The notes beneath the pieces were generated by a model, which worked only from the letters and a program-made list of their open reading frames with translations, made no database searches and had not been told where the DNA came from. Shown here one piece after another: positions 10,755 through 23,800 of a stretch of DNA of 64,000 bases. Each line of letters starts with the position of its first letter. Position 1 is the first letter of the stretch. Position numbers and translations under genes: made by a program. Origin of the DNA: Carcharhinus amblyrhynchos (Eukaryota); contig OZ336878.1 of the NCBI GenBank assembly GCA_965287045.1, forward strand, positions 38,936,001-39,000,000, read 5' to 3'.

Positions 10755-11940
10755 ATTATTATTCTTGGAATGTGAGCATCACTGGCAAGGCCAATTTATT
10801 GCGCATTCCTAATTGTCCTTGACAAGATGGTGGTGAACTTCCTTCTTGAACTGCTATAGCCCATCTAGTGTAGGTACACCTAAAAGGAAACAAATAGGAT
10901 TTTGTTACAGTGATAATGAAAGAGTAACTATCATTCCAAATTGAGTTGGTGTTTTTGGAGGCAAAATTGCAGAGGTGGAGTTCCCATGCATCTGTTGCCA
11001 TTGTCCCTCCAATTGGCAGAGGGTGCGAGTTTGGAATAGGGTTGCTGGCTCTCCAGGATTGGCCTGGAGTCTCCAGGGTATTGCTGTGAACAATCCTGGA
11101 GAAAAATTGAAAAAATAAAACAAACTTTTGTTATTTTCTTTGAATATTTCTCTTGCCAGATATAAAAATACTGAAAATTGAAAATAAAAAAATTATTTGG
11201 CAGTCAAGTAACTTCCAATTGGGTAATGAATGTTTTTGCTTTCCAATTGGCATTGGAAGGCAGTGTGGCAGAAGGGTGGATGTGTCAGCCAACTAATGGC
11301 TGGAGCATGGGGGAATGTTGTGATGAAACCTCCCAAGAATACACTTAATCACAGTCAGCAACCCTGGTTGGAAGTGCTGTAGAGTGCCTTGTATGCAGTA
11401 CACATTGCTGTCGTTTTGATGGAGAAGGGAATGGATGTTTAAGGTGGTGAATGGAGTGCCAATCAAACAGGCTACTTTGTCCTGGATTGTGTTGAGCTTC
11501 TTAAGGACCTGCATTTATCCAATTAAGTGGAGGGTATTTGTATGTCTGACTTGAGCCTTACAGATGGTGGAAAGGCTTTAGGAAGTCAAGAAGCAAGTTA
11601 CTCGCTGCAGAATTACCAACCTAAGACCATTTGTCACTGACTGTTGCAGTTAATTTGCTGGTCAATGGTAACCTCCCAGGACATTGATAATGGGGGTTTT
11701 AGCAATAGTAATGCAGTTGAATGTCAAGAAGAAATTTCTTGTTGGAGATGGTCAATGCCTGGCACTAAAGTGGCAAATAACATTTGTGCCATTTGTCTGC
11801 CCAAGCCTAAATGTTGTCCGGGACTTACTGCATATGAGCAAAGACTGCTTTGGTATCTGCAATTTAAAATGGTATTGAGCATTGGAATCATCAGCAAACA
11901 TCTCCACCTCTGACAAATTTGAAGGAGGGTCATTGATGAT
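10755..11940 (-). mobile_element. L2-type LINE fragment interrupted by a MITE
   Basis: ORF remnants LKKLNTIQDKVACLIG (11293..11514) and SEVEMFADD (RT motif, 11752..12018). Confidence 0.8.
11037..11366. mobile_element. 330-bp hAT-like MITE
   Basis: TIRs tagggttgctg / cagcaaccctg; flanks gtttggaa (11029-11036) and gttggaa (11367-11373) resemble an 8-bp TSD; the L2 sequence resumes across it. Confidence 0.75.
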
Positions 11941-12169
11941 GTTATCTAGCCTAATGCCAACATGTGATTTGGATTGGTCATCAATCAAGTAGGAATAGGA
12001 TCCAAGGGAATATCTCATGAATAATGTGAGACCAGAAAGGGCATTGGGTAGATGGGAGAAAAGCTAAAGAAAGACACATATGTGTGCTCCAAAGTGTGAA
12101 GGCATGCAATGCTCCATCTCACCCTGAGCAAGCTCCCTGCTGTAGTAGAGTTAAGCTACAGAACAAATG

Positions 12170-12890
12170 GGAATCTGTTCAACATTCGCCACCTGCAGGG
12201 CCAGATCCAAGGTTGTCCCATTTGTCTGCACACTGCAGTTCAATGACAGAGGATGGGTCTTTGAGCTCCAAGTCATCATGAACACCTTCATCAAGAGCAT
12301 AAAACAAAATCCACTTCCAATCTGTCGCTGCCACACAACACTGCCCCTTCCCCTCCCCCTTGTTATCAAAATCCTCATGGAGGCCCTGGACAACGTGGGC
12401 CACTTTCCATACTTTGGGAGCCTACTGTCAACAGGGGCAGACATCAATGATGAGGTTCAACACCATCTTCAGTGTGACAGCGTAGCCTTCAGTCACCTGA
12501 GGAAGAGAGTGAAGACCAGGACCTTTGAGCTGGCACCAAGTTCATGATCTACAGATAGTAGTGATATCTGCCCTTTATGGCTCAACAACATAGACAATGT
12601 ACAGAAGGTCCCTCAAAACCTGGAGAGGTGCTGCCTCTAAGTTCCTGCAAATCCATTGGTAAGACAGGTACACCAATGTCAGTGTTTTCATCAGGCCAAC
12701 ATTCCTAGCATTGAAGCATTGACCACACTCAATCAGCTTCACTGAGTAGGTTACATTGTCCACATGTCTGACACGTGACTCCCAAAACAAACATTTTACT
12801 CAAAGCTTTGACACTGCAAGCAAGCTCCAGGAGGGCAGAGGAAATGCTTCAATGACACCCTCATAGTCTTTTTGAAAAAAATGCAACATA
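12170..12890 (+). mobile_element. RTE-clade LINE fragment
   Basis: ORF 12167..12547: EALDNVGHFPYFGSLLSTGADINDEVQHHLQCDSVAFSHLRKRV, typical of the RTE post-RT region. Confidence 0.8.
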
Positions 12891-13122
12891 AGATCAACAT
12901 TTGTTGCCATACCTACTTGCCCTGGAATAGAGTATGATGAGCTACCTTCTTGAACCCAGATAGTCCATGTGATATAACAATATTCTATACAATTGTAGCA
13001 AGACTACCTACTTTTATACTCTTCTTGAAATAAAGGCCAAAATTCAATTTGCCTTTTTACTTACTTGCTGTATCTGCATGCTATCATTCTGTGATTCATG
13101 TATCTAATAATTTTGCTGCTTT

Positions 13123-13407
13123 GGGGCGGCATGATTGCACAGTGGTTAGCACTGCTGCCTCACAGCGCCAGGGACCCAGGTTCAATTCCCAGCTTGGGCC
13201 ACTGTCTGTGTGGAGCTTGCACGTTCTCCCCATGTCTGCGTGATTTCCTCTGGGTGCTCAAATTTCCTCCCACAGTCTGAAAGACATGCTGGTTAGGTGC
13301 ACTGACTGGAATGGTGCCGGAGTGTGGCAATGAGGGGAATTTCACAGTAACTTCATTGCAGTCTTAATGTAAGTCTTACTTGTGACGAATAAATAAACTT
13401 TAACTTT
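13123..13407 (+). mobile_element. tRNA-derived V-SINE (HE1-like)
   Basis: ggggcggca...agtggttagcactgctgcctcacagcgccagggacccaggttcaattccc; tail ...cttgtgacgaataaataaacttt. Confidence 0.9.
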
Positions 13408-14284
13408 TTGATGTACCTATATACAGACCCATTCATTTTCTAAGTGTTTTTTTAATGATAGTGGTTGTTTTAAGTTCCCCTTGTCTCTTGATTGTCTACT
13501 GTTTTTGGGATGCTTTTTATGTCTTCTGCCATGACGACAGATATAAAATATTTAATGCTTTCACCATTTCCTTGTTTCTCATTATTAATTCCCTAGCCTT
13601 ATTGTCTAAGGGACCAACATTTACTTCACAGAATTATTATGGCACAGAAGGAGGCCATTTGGTCCATTGTGTCTTCAAATGAGCATCATGACTTAGTGCC
13701 ATTCCCCTGCCTTTTCCCTGTACACATGCACATTGTTTCTGTTCAAATAATCATCCAATGCCTTTTGGAATACCTCAATTGAACATCCTCCACCAGACTT
13801 ACAGGCTGTGCATTCCATACTTAAACCATTCATTGTGTGCTATTCTGTTCTGCTTTCTATACTTTGCAGAAAAAAGCTGTTTGTTTTTATAGTTCTTGCT
13901 AGATTACTCTCGCATTCTATTTTCTTCCTCTATTGTTTTTTGTCATCCTTTGCTGGTTTCAAAAAATCTCCCAATTTCCTGCCTACCGCTGGTCTGTACA
14001 GCATTGCATACATTCAATTTGATATCACACTTAATTTCCTTTGTTAGCCATGGATAGTTTGTCCTTATTTCTCTGCTGAATACATCTCTGTTAACAGTTA
14101 TGAAATATCTCTACTGCTTATCTATCACCATTGTATCTTCATACCTCAGTGTTTATAATTGTAGAGTGAGGATTATGCCTGGCCATGAGTTTTTACATTG
14201 TGTCAAATACAATTCTGTGGCCCATAGAGTTTCACGGATCCCCAGTTTTGACCTGCTACATTCTGAGTCTGTCTGATTTAGCAT

Positions 14285-14765
14285 GGTAATAATGCCCGAC
14301 AACCCAATGGAGGGTGTTCTTAGTGTGAAAATGAATCTCTATCTCCACAAGAATTGCAGTCGCCACTCTTTGCATTATTGTCATGAACGTATTTTTGATG
14401 GGTAGATTGATGAGAACAAAATCAATGTTGGCTTTCTCATCACCTGTCTCAGGCCAAGTCAGGAAAACATGTTCTCTAGGACACAGCCATCTCAATCAGT
14501 AGTGGTGCTACTATGGGGACATTGAAGTCCTCACACAGGTACGTTCTATGCCCTTACTACCTATCCTCGGTGATTCTTCCAAGTGGTGTTCAGCATGGAG
14601 AAGCATTGATTTATCAGTTAGAGAGGGTGGTATGTGGTAATCAATAGGGGGCTTCCTTTCCTATATTTGATCTGATGCCAAGAGACTTCCTGGAGTCCAG
14701 AGTCAATGTTGAGTTCTCCCAGGCCACTCCTGACTGTATACCACTGCACCACCCCACCTGATGGG
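14285..14765 (-). mobile_element. L2-type LINE fragment (endonuclease region)
   Basis: Degenerate minus-strand remnants (SPLLITTYHP, NIDFVLINLP) resembling the APE domain. Confidence 0.55.
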
Positions 14766-15829
14766 TAAGTGCTGCTGTTTTTCTTAAACAGTATCCAAAT
14801 CAAATTCAGTTGGAGCTATGCATTTCTCCTTAATGCCTCTATTAGTACAGTATACCCACAAGCTGTTAGGAAATAATTATTTTCTTTGCAATAAAAGTTT
14901 TAATATTTCTGGATATAACAATAATTAGAATTGCCATCAAAAGTATGGTGAACTAAATTCAGGATTTAAACTGATTCCACCAAGGCTTTTCCCAAATCAG
15001 ACACCCATGATTTTCATCTCTTTGCCCATGTCATGGATACGTAATGAAAATTTACAATTGCTGCACTTTGTCCAGGGGAAAGAAGAAATTGCTTTATGGA
15101 ATGGTTGAATTTGCAGGAATGATCCACAGCTGAGCTTGAATGTTGGACCTTTGACCCATAGTGCAGAGCCCTGTGATATTCTAGCAAATAAAATTCTTCT
15201 AAATTGGCACAGCCCACAGTTTTCATGTGTAAAATGCCTGGGAATGGTTTTGGGGTCTGTTCATCTAGTCAGTGACAGATTACATTTCACGGTCACTTAG
15301 GTACCAGCAAAGGGAAAACACTTCATGTAAGCCACCCAAGATCAGTTAACCCTATGCCTTCAGGTTTTGCTACGGTAGTAAATTGATTTTGTACCACACC
15401 TTGTGTTACTAAATCGGTTCATTTTGCATTTAGCTAAATTTATAGTGTTGTCAGAATTGCCATTCATGTTCTGTTTAAAAGTAACCCTTACAAAGGGAAG
15501 CAGGTGCACTAATAGACTGCACTCATTGTGGTGTACTAACAGACTGGTCATAATTTTCAAACTACATCAGCCACATATGCTTTTCTTGATTAACACTTTA
15601 TTTCATTAGTAATTTTTTTCTTTTTAAGGATTAATTTATATCTGATGTTTTTATTTTTAAAAGTGGTGAGTTGCAGAAATAACTGAGACAGTTATTTACT
15701 CATTGTGTTTTAAAAGGAAGATATTACATTTTGCTGTGGAATTAAGCAGCAATAAATTGAAGTGTCACATTGTTTTGCAAAATTCACCTGGGGAAAACAG
15801 AAACAATGTTTCATTAAGGAAGGGAAATA

Positions 15830-16050
15830 AGGTTTTATTGGTACCTTAACAAGTCCTTAGGACATCAAAGTGTTTCCCATCGCATGAGTTACCTTTGAAG
15901 TGTGACTCAGCTACCAAACTACATGACAAGATCTCAAAAATAAAAATTAGATGAATAACCAGTTAAGTTCTTTGGTACTGGTACTTGAGGAAGGATCATT
16001 GGGCAATTCCATACTTTCCAACTAATTGGATCCTTGAAGCCTACCTGAAG
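15830..16050 (-). mobile_element. Highly decayed DeuSINE-like (SacSINE1/AmnSINE-related) copy
   Basis: Reverse complement resembles the Deu domain and tail also seen at 27960-28190 and 4355-4450. Confidence 0.45.
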
Positions 16051-16559
16051 TGCCAATGGGTGAGAAAGATTGCTGAAATTGAGCCATTTGATTTACCACC
16101 TCAACCCCACTATAATCGCCCTAGATGCCATTTTAATTCCCAACTTCAGTGAGGTGACTGAAGCACTCACTGGAAGCAGGCAAATACACCATTACACACA
16201 TTTGAATTAGGAGCAGGATTCAGCCACTCAGCCCCTCAGGTCTGCTCAGCCATTCAATAAGATCATGGCTGATCTGACTGTAAGTCCAACCCCACATTCC
16301 TGCCTACCCCCAATAATCTTTCACCCACTTGTTAATCAACAATCTATCTAACCGTTAATCCAGATTGGAATCCTGCAATGTCATCAGCGCCCTGGTGCAA
16401 TTTTAACTAGATTATGGACGTTGCCAATTGGCCAAACCAAAACCTGCTGGGACTATCAAGGCTCATAGTGTTTAATAAATTTCTAACAGAGTTTTGACCT
16501 TGGAAATTGTTTATTTCTGGTTTCCTTCTCTGTCTTATTTGTCTTATCATCTTGTCGTG

Positions 16560-17320
16560 GACACTATTTTTGTTTAATGTTGGAAGTGATTCATTTTGGT
16601 AGGAAGGAAATAAAGGGTACAATTCTGAACAGGATGCAGGAGCAGGGATCAGTGGGTATTTGTACATAAATCATTGAAGGTTGCAGGGACGGTTGAGAAA
16701 GCATTAAACAAAACGTGCCAGATCCTGGGTTATATAAGTCAGGGCATAGATTACAAAAGCAAGGAAATTATGATGAATCTGTATAAAACTAGTCTGGCCC
16801 CATCTGAAATATTGTAGGCTCACTTTAGCAAGAACATGAAGGCATTGGCGAGAATACAGAAAGGATTGTAAGAGTTGTTCCAGGGATGGGGAACTCCAAC
16901 TAGGTGGATAGATTTGGGAAGCTGAGGTTATTTGTCTTGGTGAAGAGAAGAATAGGAGGAGATTTGGCAGAGATTTTCAAAATCTTGAAGGGTCTGGACA
17001 GAGTGGTTGGTGGAAGGGTTGTAAACCGAATGTTCCTGATTTCAGATGATTGGTGTAAGAAGCTGTGATGACAGGAGGAAAAGCCTTTTTAAGCAGCATG
17101 TGATTAGAATCTGGAATGCACTGCCCAAGACTGTGATGGATGCAGACTCAATTGAGGCCTTTAAAAGAGAATTGCATTATTAATTGAAGAGAATATGTTG
17201 ACAGGACAATAGGGAAAAGACAGGTGCATGAGGCTAGGCATGTTGCTCTTCCAGAGAGCTGGCATAGGCAAGATGAGCCAAATGGCCTCCTTCTCTAACA
17301 TAACTGTCTATGATTCTAGA
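16560..17320 (+). mobile_element. CR1-type LINE 3' fragment, degenerate
   Basis: gggcatagattacaaaagcaaggaaattatgatgaatctgtataaaac...tggaatgcactgcc...aatggcctccttct...ctatgattct. Confidence 0.8.
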
Positions 17321-18749
17321 TGGAGGAATAATTGAGGAAGAGAATCACTGTCAGTCTTCATCTAGGACAACAGGTGAACTCCAATTGTTACAGCAGCATT
17401 TCTAAAAATTATGATTGAACAGCAAAGCAAGTAATAGTTACAGAGGATTGTGAAAGGACATGCTCTAAGCTATAAGCAAGGAGTGAAAATAGAAAAAGTC
17501 ATTATGAAATGGTCAATGAGTTTAAACAAAGTAGCACTGAATATAAAGGCATAGAGTTATGTTGAATTTGTATGAGACATTAATTAGGCAATGGCTGGAG
17601 TAGAATTTTAAGTATGTATGCCTGAGAGAAGGATATTAAAAATGCAAAATAATGACTCAATAGAATTATACCAGGAATGAGATTATGATGTTTCAAAATT
17701 CTTGAGAAATTGATGGTTAAAGATTATTTTCACTAGTTGAGAATTAGTAATAAGAGGCATTGGGAAGGCCCCTTTGTTGGCAGGAAGAAGGAAAAAAATA
17801 GGAAAACAGTTTTCATACAATTGATTATTAGAAGACAGAAACCTTCTGAGAAGGAGGAGGAGGTAGGGTTCACACTCACGTCTGAGTGTGTGGGTCGAGA
17901 TAACCCATTATTTGAGTGGTGGGAGAGAGGATGGCTCTCTTGTCTGAGGGATTGGTGGTACTCCCCTGGTAAGTGGAGGGGGTGGTTGTCGTTCACTATT
18001 TCATTTTGCAGCAGGAGCGTAGTCTGTCCCTGACCGCAGAGATAGGGACACCCTTTAAAAAGAGCACCCCAATCTTTGAACAGCAGAGATGACTGGTGGG
18101 TTTCCTGGATTGCATTGATTTGCATCTTTCAAATGGGTGAATCACCAATGGGAAACGCTTTCGAGTGAATTGTGGCCTGTATGTTTTCAAGAATGAGTTA
18201 AATATAGCTCATGGACCGGAAGAAACCAAAGGTCATAGGCGTAAGGCAGGATCAGGCTATTGAGTTGGATAATCAGCCATGATCATAATGAATGGTGGAG
18301 CAGGCTTGAAGGGCCAAATGTTATACATTTGCTTCTAATTTCTAAGTTTCTAGGTAACACCTTGCAAGTGGTAAAATATTGCTTCAGTTTGGTCATGAAG
18401 AAAATACCTCGCTCAAAAATGATCCTGTTCTCTCATAGGACATCACAAATTGATGACAGAATAGGAAGCAGTTTCATCTTTTACCATGATCATTTGGTGT
18501 ATACTGCATTTTATAAGCTTGTTATACAATAATATGGTCCAATGAACAAGACAGAAGACTAACATCATGATTCCATAACATTACAAGACAAACCAGTGAA
18601 GAAGTATATGATTCTGTTTGCAAAGTTTGAAGATGAGACCCAGCTCAGCGAAGAAATAATGGAGAAAGAGAAATGGGTGAAATCGATGATTGTTGAATTT
18701 GCATGGAGTATTGTTTTAAATAACATTGCTGGAAGTGTCTTTCCCAACG

Positions 18750-19180
18750 AAATAAGAACATACAAACTAAGAGCAGGAGTAGGCCATCCAGCCCCTAGAG
18801 CCTGCTCTGTCATTCAATAAGATCATGGCTGATCTTTTCGTGGGCTCAGCGACACTTACCTGCCTGCTCACAATAACCCTTAATTCCTTTACTGTTCAAA
18901 AATTTATTTATCCTTGCCTAGAAACATTCAATGAAGTAGCCTCAACTGCTTCACTGGGCAGGGAATTCCACAGAATCACAACCCTTTGTGTGAAGAATTT
19001 CCTCCTCAACTCAATCCTAAATCTGCCTCCCCTTCTTTTGAGACTATGTCCCCAATTCTAGTTTCACCTGCCAGTGGAATCAACTTCCCTCCTTCTATCT
19101 TATCTATTCCCTTCATAATCATATATGTTTCTATATGATCTCTCCTCATTCTCCTGTAAGATTTCTCCTCATTCTTCTAA
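18750..19180 (-). mobile_element. CR1-type LINE 3' end
   Basis: ataagaacata...gagcaggagtaggccat...cattcaataagatcatggctgatc...gaattccacaga...gtgaagaatttcctcctc. Confidence 0.85.
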
Positions 19181-20184
19181 TGTACAGAAGGCTTCATGGA
19201 CACAACCTAACACAGATGACTATTATATCCAAGCGGAAAAAGGAGTAAGTTCTCCCCCACCGTCTATCTATGGGTAGATTCAAATTTGGCCTTTAAAAAT
19301 TTAATATCAACAGGAACAGATTGCTGATGGATATAGCGTGGAGCTGATACAAGGTACTAAAGATTGACATTTTCAATAAATGTAAAATTGTAAAAGATGT
19401 ACAAGTGTCAGAGGAACTCAACAACAAATAATGAACACAACGAAATGAATGTACAAGGAAATCATAAGTGGGACAAAAGAGAGAGCACAACAAGTGGATT
19501 ACAGAAGAAACATTGATTAAAATGAAGATGGAGAGGAGAGAAAAAGCAGTCTTTTTTTTGAAATAGAGCAGCTAAAGCAGAAGCACAAATACAGTATAAA
19601 CAAGTAAAAAGAAACATAAGATTTAACAGGACAATGTTCATTGAAAATTTATTAAAGCTATCGGAAGATGCAGCTGTGATAACCCCTTTGAGGTCCACGG
19701 GAAATCACTGATTGATCTCCCTGTGGGTTCATTCAGTTCCCCTGGTAACAGGCAATGCCCTGCCCAGCTGGAACACATTTATTGAGGCTTTCATAAAGCA
19801 AGCCAAGGACTGGGCCTGCTGAACTGTAACTTCAGGCAGAGACTAGTGTGTGCAGACCAAGGTAGTGGTTTTACTTTGCATTCAAGTTGGGCTTCCTGAG
19901 TCATTACAGTGGCAAAACAGGAAAACATGAACTATTCAATATTCCAAAAAGTCTTTTAGGAAATAGGACAAGCCAATAAAGGAAAAGAATGGATTGTCCT
20001 CTCAAAAAAATACTATGATCAGACCTTTTTGAATTTCATATAAATTTAGAGATATGATAGTTGCTAAGCAATGGCAAGCTTTTTAATAAAACATGATGCT
20101 CAATGAATATACATTTCCTTTAAGGAAAAATCTCCACTGGAAAAGAAGAACTGACACAGTTAACTAGAGAAGTTAAGAATAGAG

Positions 20185-20545
20185 GAGGCAGTGGTGCAAT
20201 GATATTGTCTCTGGGCTTATAATCCAAAGCCCCAGGATAATGCTCTGGGAACCTGGGTTTAAATCCCACCATGGTAGATGGTGGGATTTGAATTCAATAA
20301 AATACTGGGATTAAAAGTCTAATTATGACCATGAAGCAATGGTCAATTGTTGTAAAACCCATCTGGTTCAGAGAAGGAAATCTGCCATCCTTATCTCGTC
20401 TGGCCTACATATGACTCCAGACCCACAGTAATGGGGTTGACTTTTAAATTGTCTGCTGACATGATCTAACAAGCCATTTAGTGCAAGGGCAATTTCAGAG
20501 GGGCAATAATTGCTGGCCAACGATGTCCGTGAATGAATAAAAACA
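20185..20545 (+). mobile_element. tRNA-derived SINE with L2-like tail
   Basis: A/B-box-like head (ggcagtggtgcaatg...gggtttaaatccc), body tggcctacatatgactccagacccaca, tail gggcaataattgctggcc...gaatgaataaaa. A fragment also occurs at 55968-56090. Confidence 0.75.
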
Positions 20546-22389
20546 AATATTAGATTAAAGGAAGAAGGATAAGCCTAAGAATTGGGAGGGTTTAATGGAT
20601 GACCAAGCAACTGATAAATAGAAAATAGAATGAGAGTAATGTAGCAGAAAATATAAAAATAGACTGTAAGAACTATTACAAGTGTGTAAAATTAGTGAAA
20701 CTAAATATGTGTCCCTTACAGAAAGGAGAAGTTATAATAAGGACTCAGAAAATGGCAGACATTAAATGAATATTTGGGCTAGATTTTTGGATGTCAACAA
20801 AGCTTTTAAAGGGTTTTCTAACTTTTTAATACTTTAACTAACTTTGATCACCTAGTAACTGCCCTTGGAAACATCTTGGACAAATTGCCTTGGTTTTCAA
20901 CAGAAGCACAAGTCCATAGTGAATCTTCAAACTTTAAATACCCAGAATTATTCAAAAAAGGAGCAAACAGCGTTTCCATAAAGTAAATTCAAACCCCATC
21001 TAATTCATAATCAGAGTACACCTAAAAAACAAATGATTGAATAAGTGTAGAATTTGAGCTTATTTCAGCATCTTATGATATGAGCCAACATTATGAGTTT
21101 ATGTATCTCTCCTAGCCACTGGAATCCCTCTAGTAACATTTCATCAAAGCCTTTTTAATAATGCACGATTCCACATGTTGAGTGATTGTAAATATGTTGC
21201 TGCAATCTGCATTAATTTCTCAAAGAGTTAGACACTGATACTTAATTAAAGTTATAAAGGTGATTTCTGCCTCCCCTCAGGTGTGAGCGGAATTTATGTG
21301 AAACTATGACAAAATCACAGGTAACCAACAATGTTGAAAGAGCTGACAATTGCTCACATCAATAATTTTTGTGTTGTATGATTCAAAGATCATGTTATCT
21401 TCTTTCACTATTTTGGAGTGACTCGCTGTGAGTTGTATGTTCTAACACAAAATATATTGACCATATGCTTCTATGGGGGTTATAATTATTTTTATTTTAG
21501 CAAATTGATTGAGATCTTTCACTGTTGTGAATGAAAGCAGTGGAAAAACACAAGTTTTATTGTTCAACATCCTTTATTAAGTCCAAAGTAAACCGCTATC
21601 GGTGATTATCACCCCTTTCACTGATATCCTGAACCCAGAAGGAAAAACAGAAACGTTGAAACAGTTTGAAATAATTGTATTAACATGGAACATTTTAATG
21701 GTACAACAGCTTACAAAGTAAAAAGTAGTTAATTAACACAAAAGACTTGCACTAGGCAGCTGAAGTTTACATTGTTCAGCAACAATGACCTCAAATGTCT
21801 TGCAAAGAGTTTCTGCTGCTAAAATAAAATGTCATTGTTTCACTTTCCACCTTTTGACTGATTTCCTGGGGGAGCAAGAGGGCTTTCGCCACTCTCAATG
21901 TTCAAATTGGCTACCGGCTGCTCTCTAACAACCTTTGCAGCTGCAGCCAGGATTTCTGCAGGTGACCCATGAGCCATGGTTCCAGCAACATTTTGTAAAT
22001 GGGATAAAGGGTCAGCCTTTCCTGCAGGGTAAAATGCACAACAATCCATCACAATCGTTAGCACTTTAACTGGAAATTAATATAAACTGTCCCTGATCCT
22101 ATCCATACATTGAAAATGTGATTTCAAACACTGAGTCCATTAGAAAGATAGTCAGTTATTTTGAAGTGATCTTACAATGTGATACACATGAAAGCAAGAT
22201 TTTAAATGGTAAGGTAAGTTTCTAAAAGGCACTTTAACCTTACTAAAAAGCCTTTTGCATTAGCTTAAGGGCAGAAAACAGCAAGTTGTGACAAATTATT
22301 GTTCTTCAGAATAGAGGATCATAGATGTAGGTGTTCTGCAAGTATCAGCACTTTTTTTTGATTTGCTTTGTATATCGAAATGCAGAGCT

Positions 22390-23212
22390 AAATTTCAAAA
22401 GTTTGTCAATGATACCAAACTTGGAGGTGTAATGAACAGTGAGGATGGCATCAATCAATTACAACACGACATAGATAAACTTGCAAATTGGACAAACAAG
22501 TGGCAAACGGGATTTGATGCAGAAAAGTGAAAGGTGATGCGGAAGGAAGAGGCAATAAGTATTTAATGGCCCCATTTTAAGGGGTGAGCAGGAACACAGT
22601 GAGCAATGGGTAAATGCATAGATCTGTGAAATTAGCAGGGCAAATTGAGAGAATAGTTTGAAAAGCATATGGGATGTTGGGCTTCATAAATAGATGATTT
22701 GAGTATAAAAGTATGGAAGATAAGCTGAAATTTTATAAAGCTTTGGTTAGGTCGCAACTTAAAGTTATGCCCAGTTCTGGTCACCACATTTTAGGATGGA
22801 TGTGAAGGTCCTTGGGAAGGTGCAGAGCTGGGAATGTTCTCCTTGAAGCAAATGAGGTTGAATGGAAATCGGAGAGAGGTGTACAACAGGTGTAAGGCAG
22901 ACAGAATGATACTCTTCCCATTGGCTAATGTTAGGAGAACTAGTAGAACACCGATTTAAGGCTTTGGTCAAGAGCTGCAGGAGAGATGTGAAGAACACTT
23001 TTCTGCAGCATTTGTAACTTGCTGCCTGTGAGGGTTGTGGAAGCCAAGACAGTCAATGATTTCAAATGAAATTAGATGCACTTTTGAGGGAGATGAAGTT
23101 GCAAGGCTGTGGAGATGGAGCAGAGGAAAGGGGCTGACTGGATTGCTCTATAGAGGGCTGATATGGACTTGATGGGCCAAATGTTCTCCTTCTGAGCCGT
23201 TATGGCTCTAAA
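22390..23212 (+). mobile_element. CR1-type LINE 3' fragment, degenerate
   Basis: gataccaaacttggagg...tatgcccagttctggtcacc...gacttgatgggccaaatg. Confidence 0.8.
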
Positions 23213-23800
23213 TATGATAAAAAGTCATATATATTGATACATATTTGAAAAAGTGCTTCAATCTTGCTAAGAAAGTCACATAAATTAAATTCATTTAAGA
23301 AGTCTAATCAGCCTTGCTAAAAGATTACATACAATTAACAAATAAAATCCAAATATTTAACCTTTGAGCATTTACCTCTGAAAGTTTACTCTTGCTGCTG
23401 CTTTCCTGGAATTGTGGAACTATTGATTAACAGGAAGATCTTTCCTAAATAGGCCCTGTGTCTGATAGTACCAGCTCTAACCGAACCCTTGTTAAAAAAT
23501 CAGTGTAAGTTGTGGGAAATTAGCCCAGATTCTTATGGTGCTGGTCCTGCTGCTTTAAAAACACATCAGTGGGACCTTCAATGGAGCCTGTTTTGGAGCA
23601 CATTTTAGTCCATTGCAACATATAGTTTTCAGTGCAAGTGTGCCAACGGTTTCAGTGCTGTTCCAACCCTCAATAAAGGCAAACATCTCAGTGTTTCTTT
23701 CTATTGGGAGTGCAAAATTAGCCAATATGGTTAGGTAGAGTCAACGCAGTTTTACAAAAGGAAATTATAACCTAAATCTTCTGATCAGGATCAAAAACCA

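Noticed and set aside
13123-13200. tRNA-like sequences at SINE heads (also 5893, 26468, 50280, 62710, 20185)
   Set aside because: They continue into SINE bodies and tails and lack complete cloverleaves, so they are not tRNA genes.
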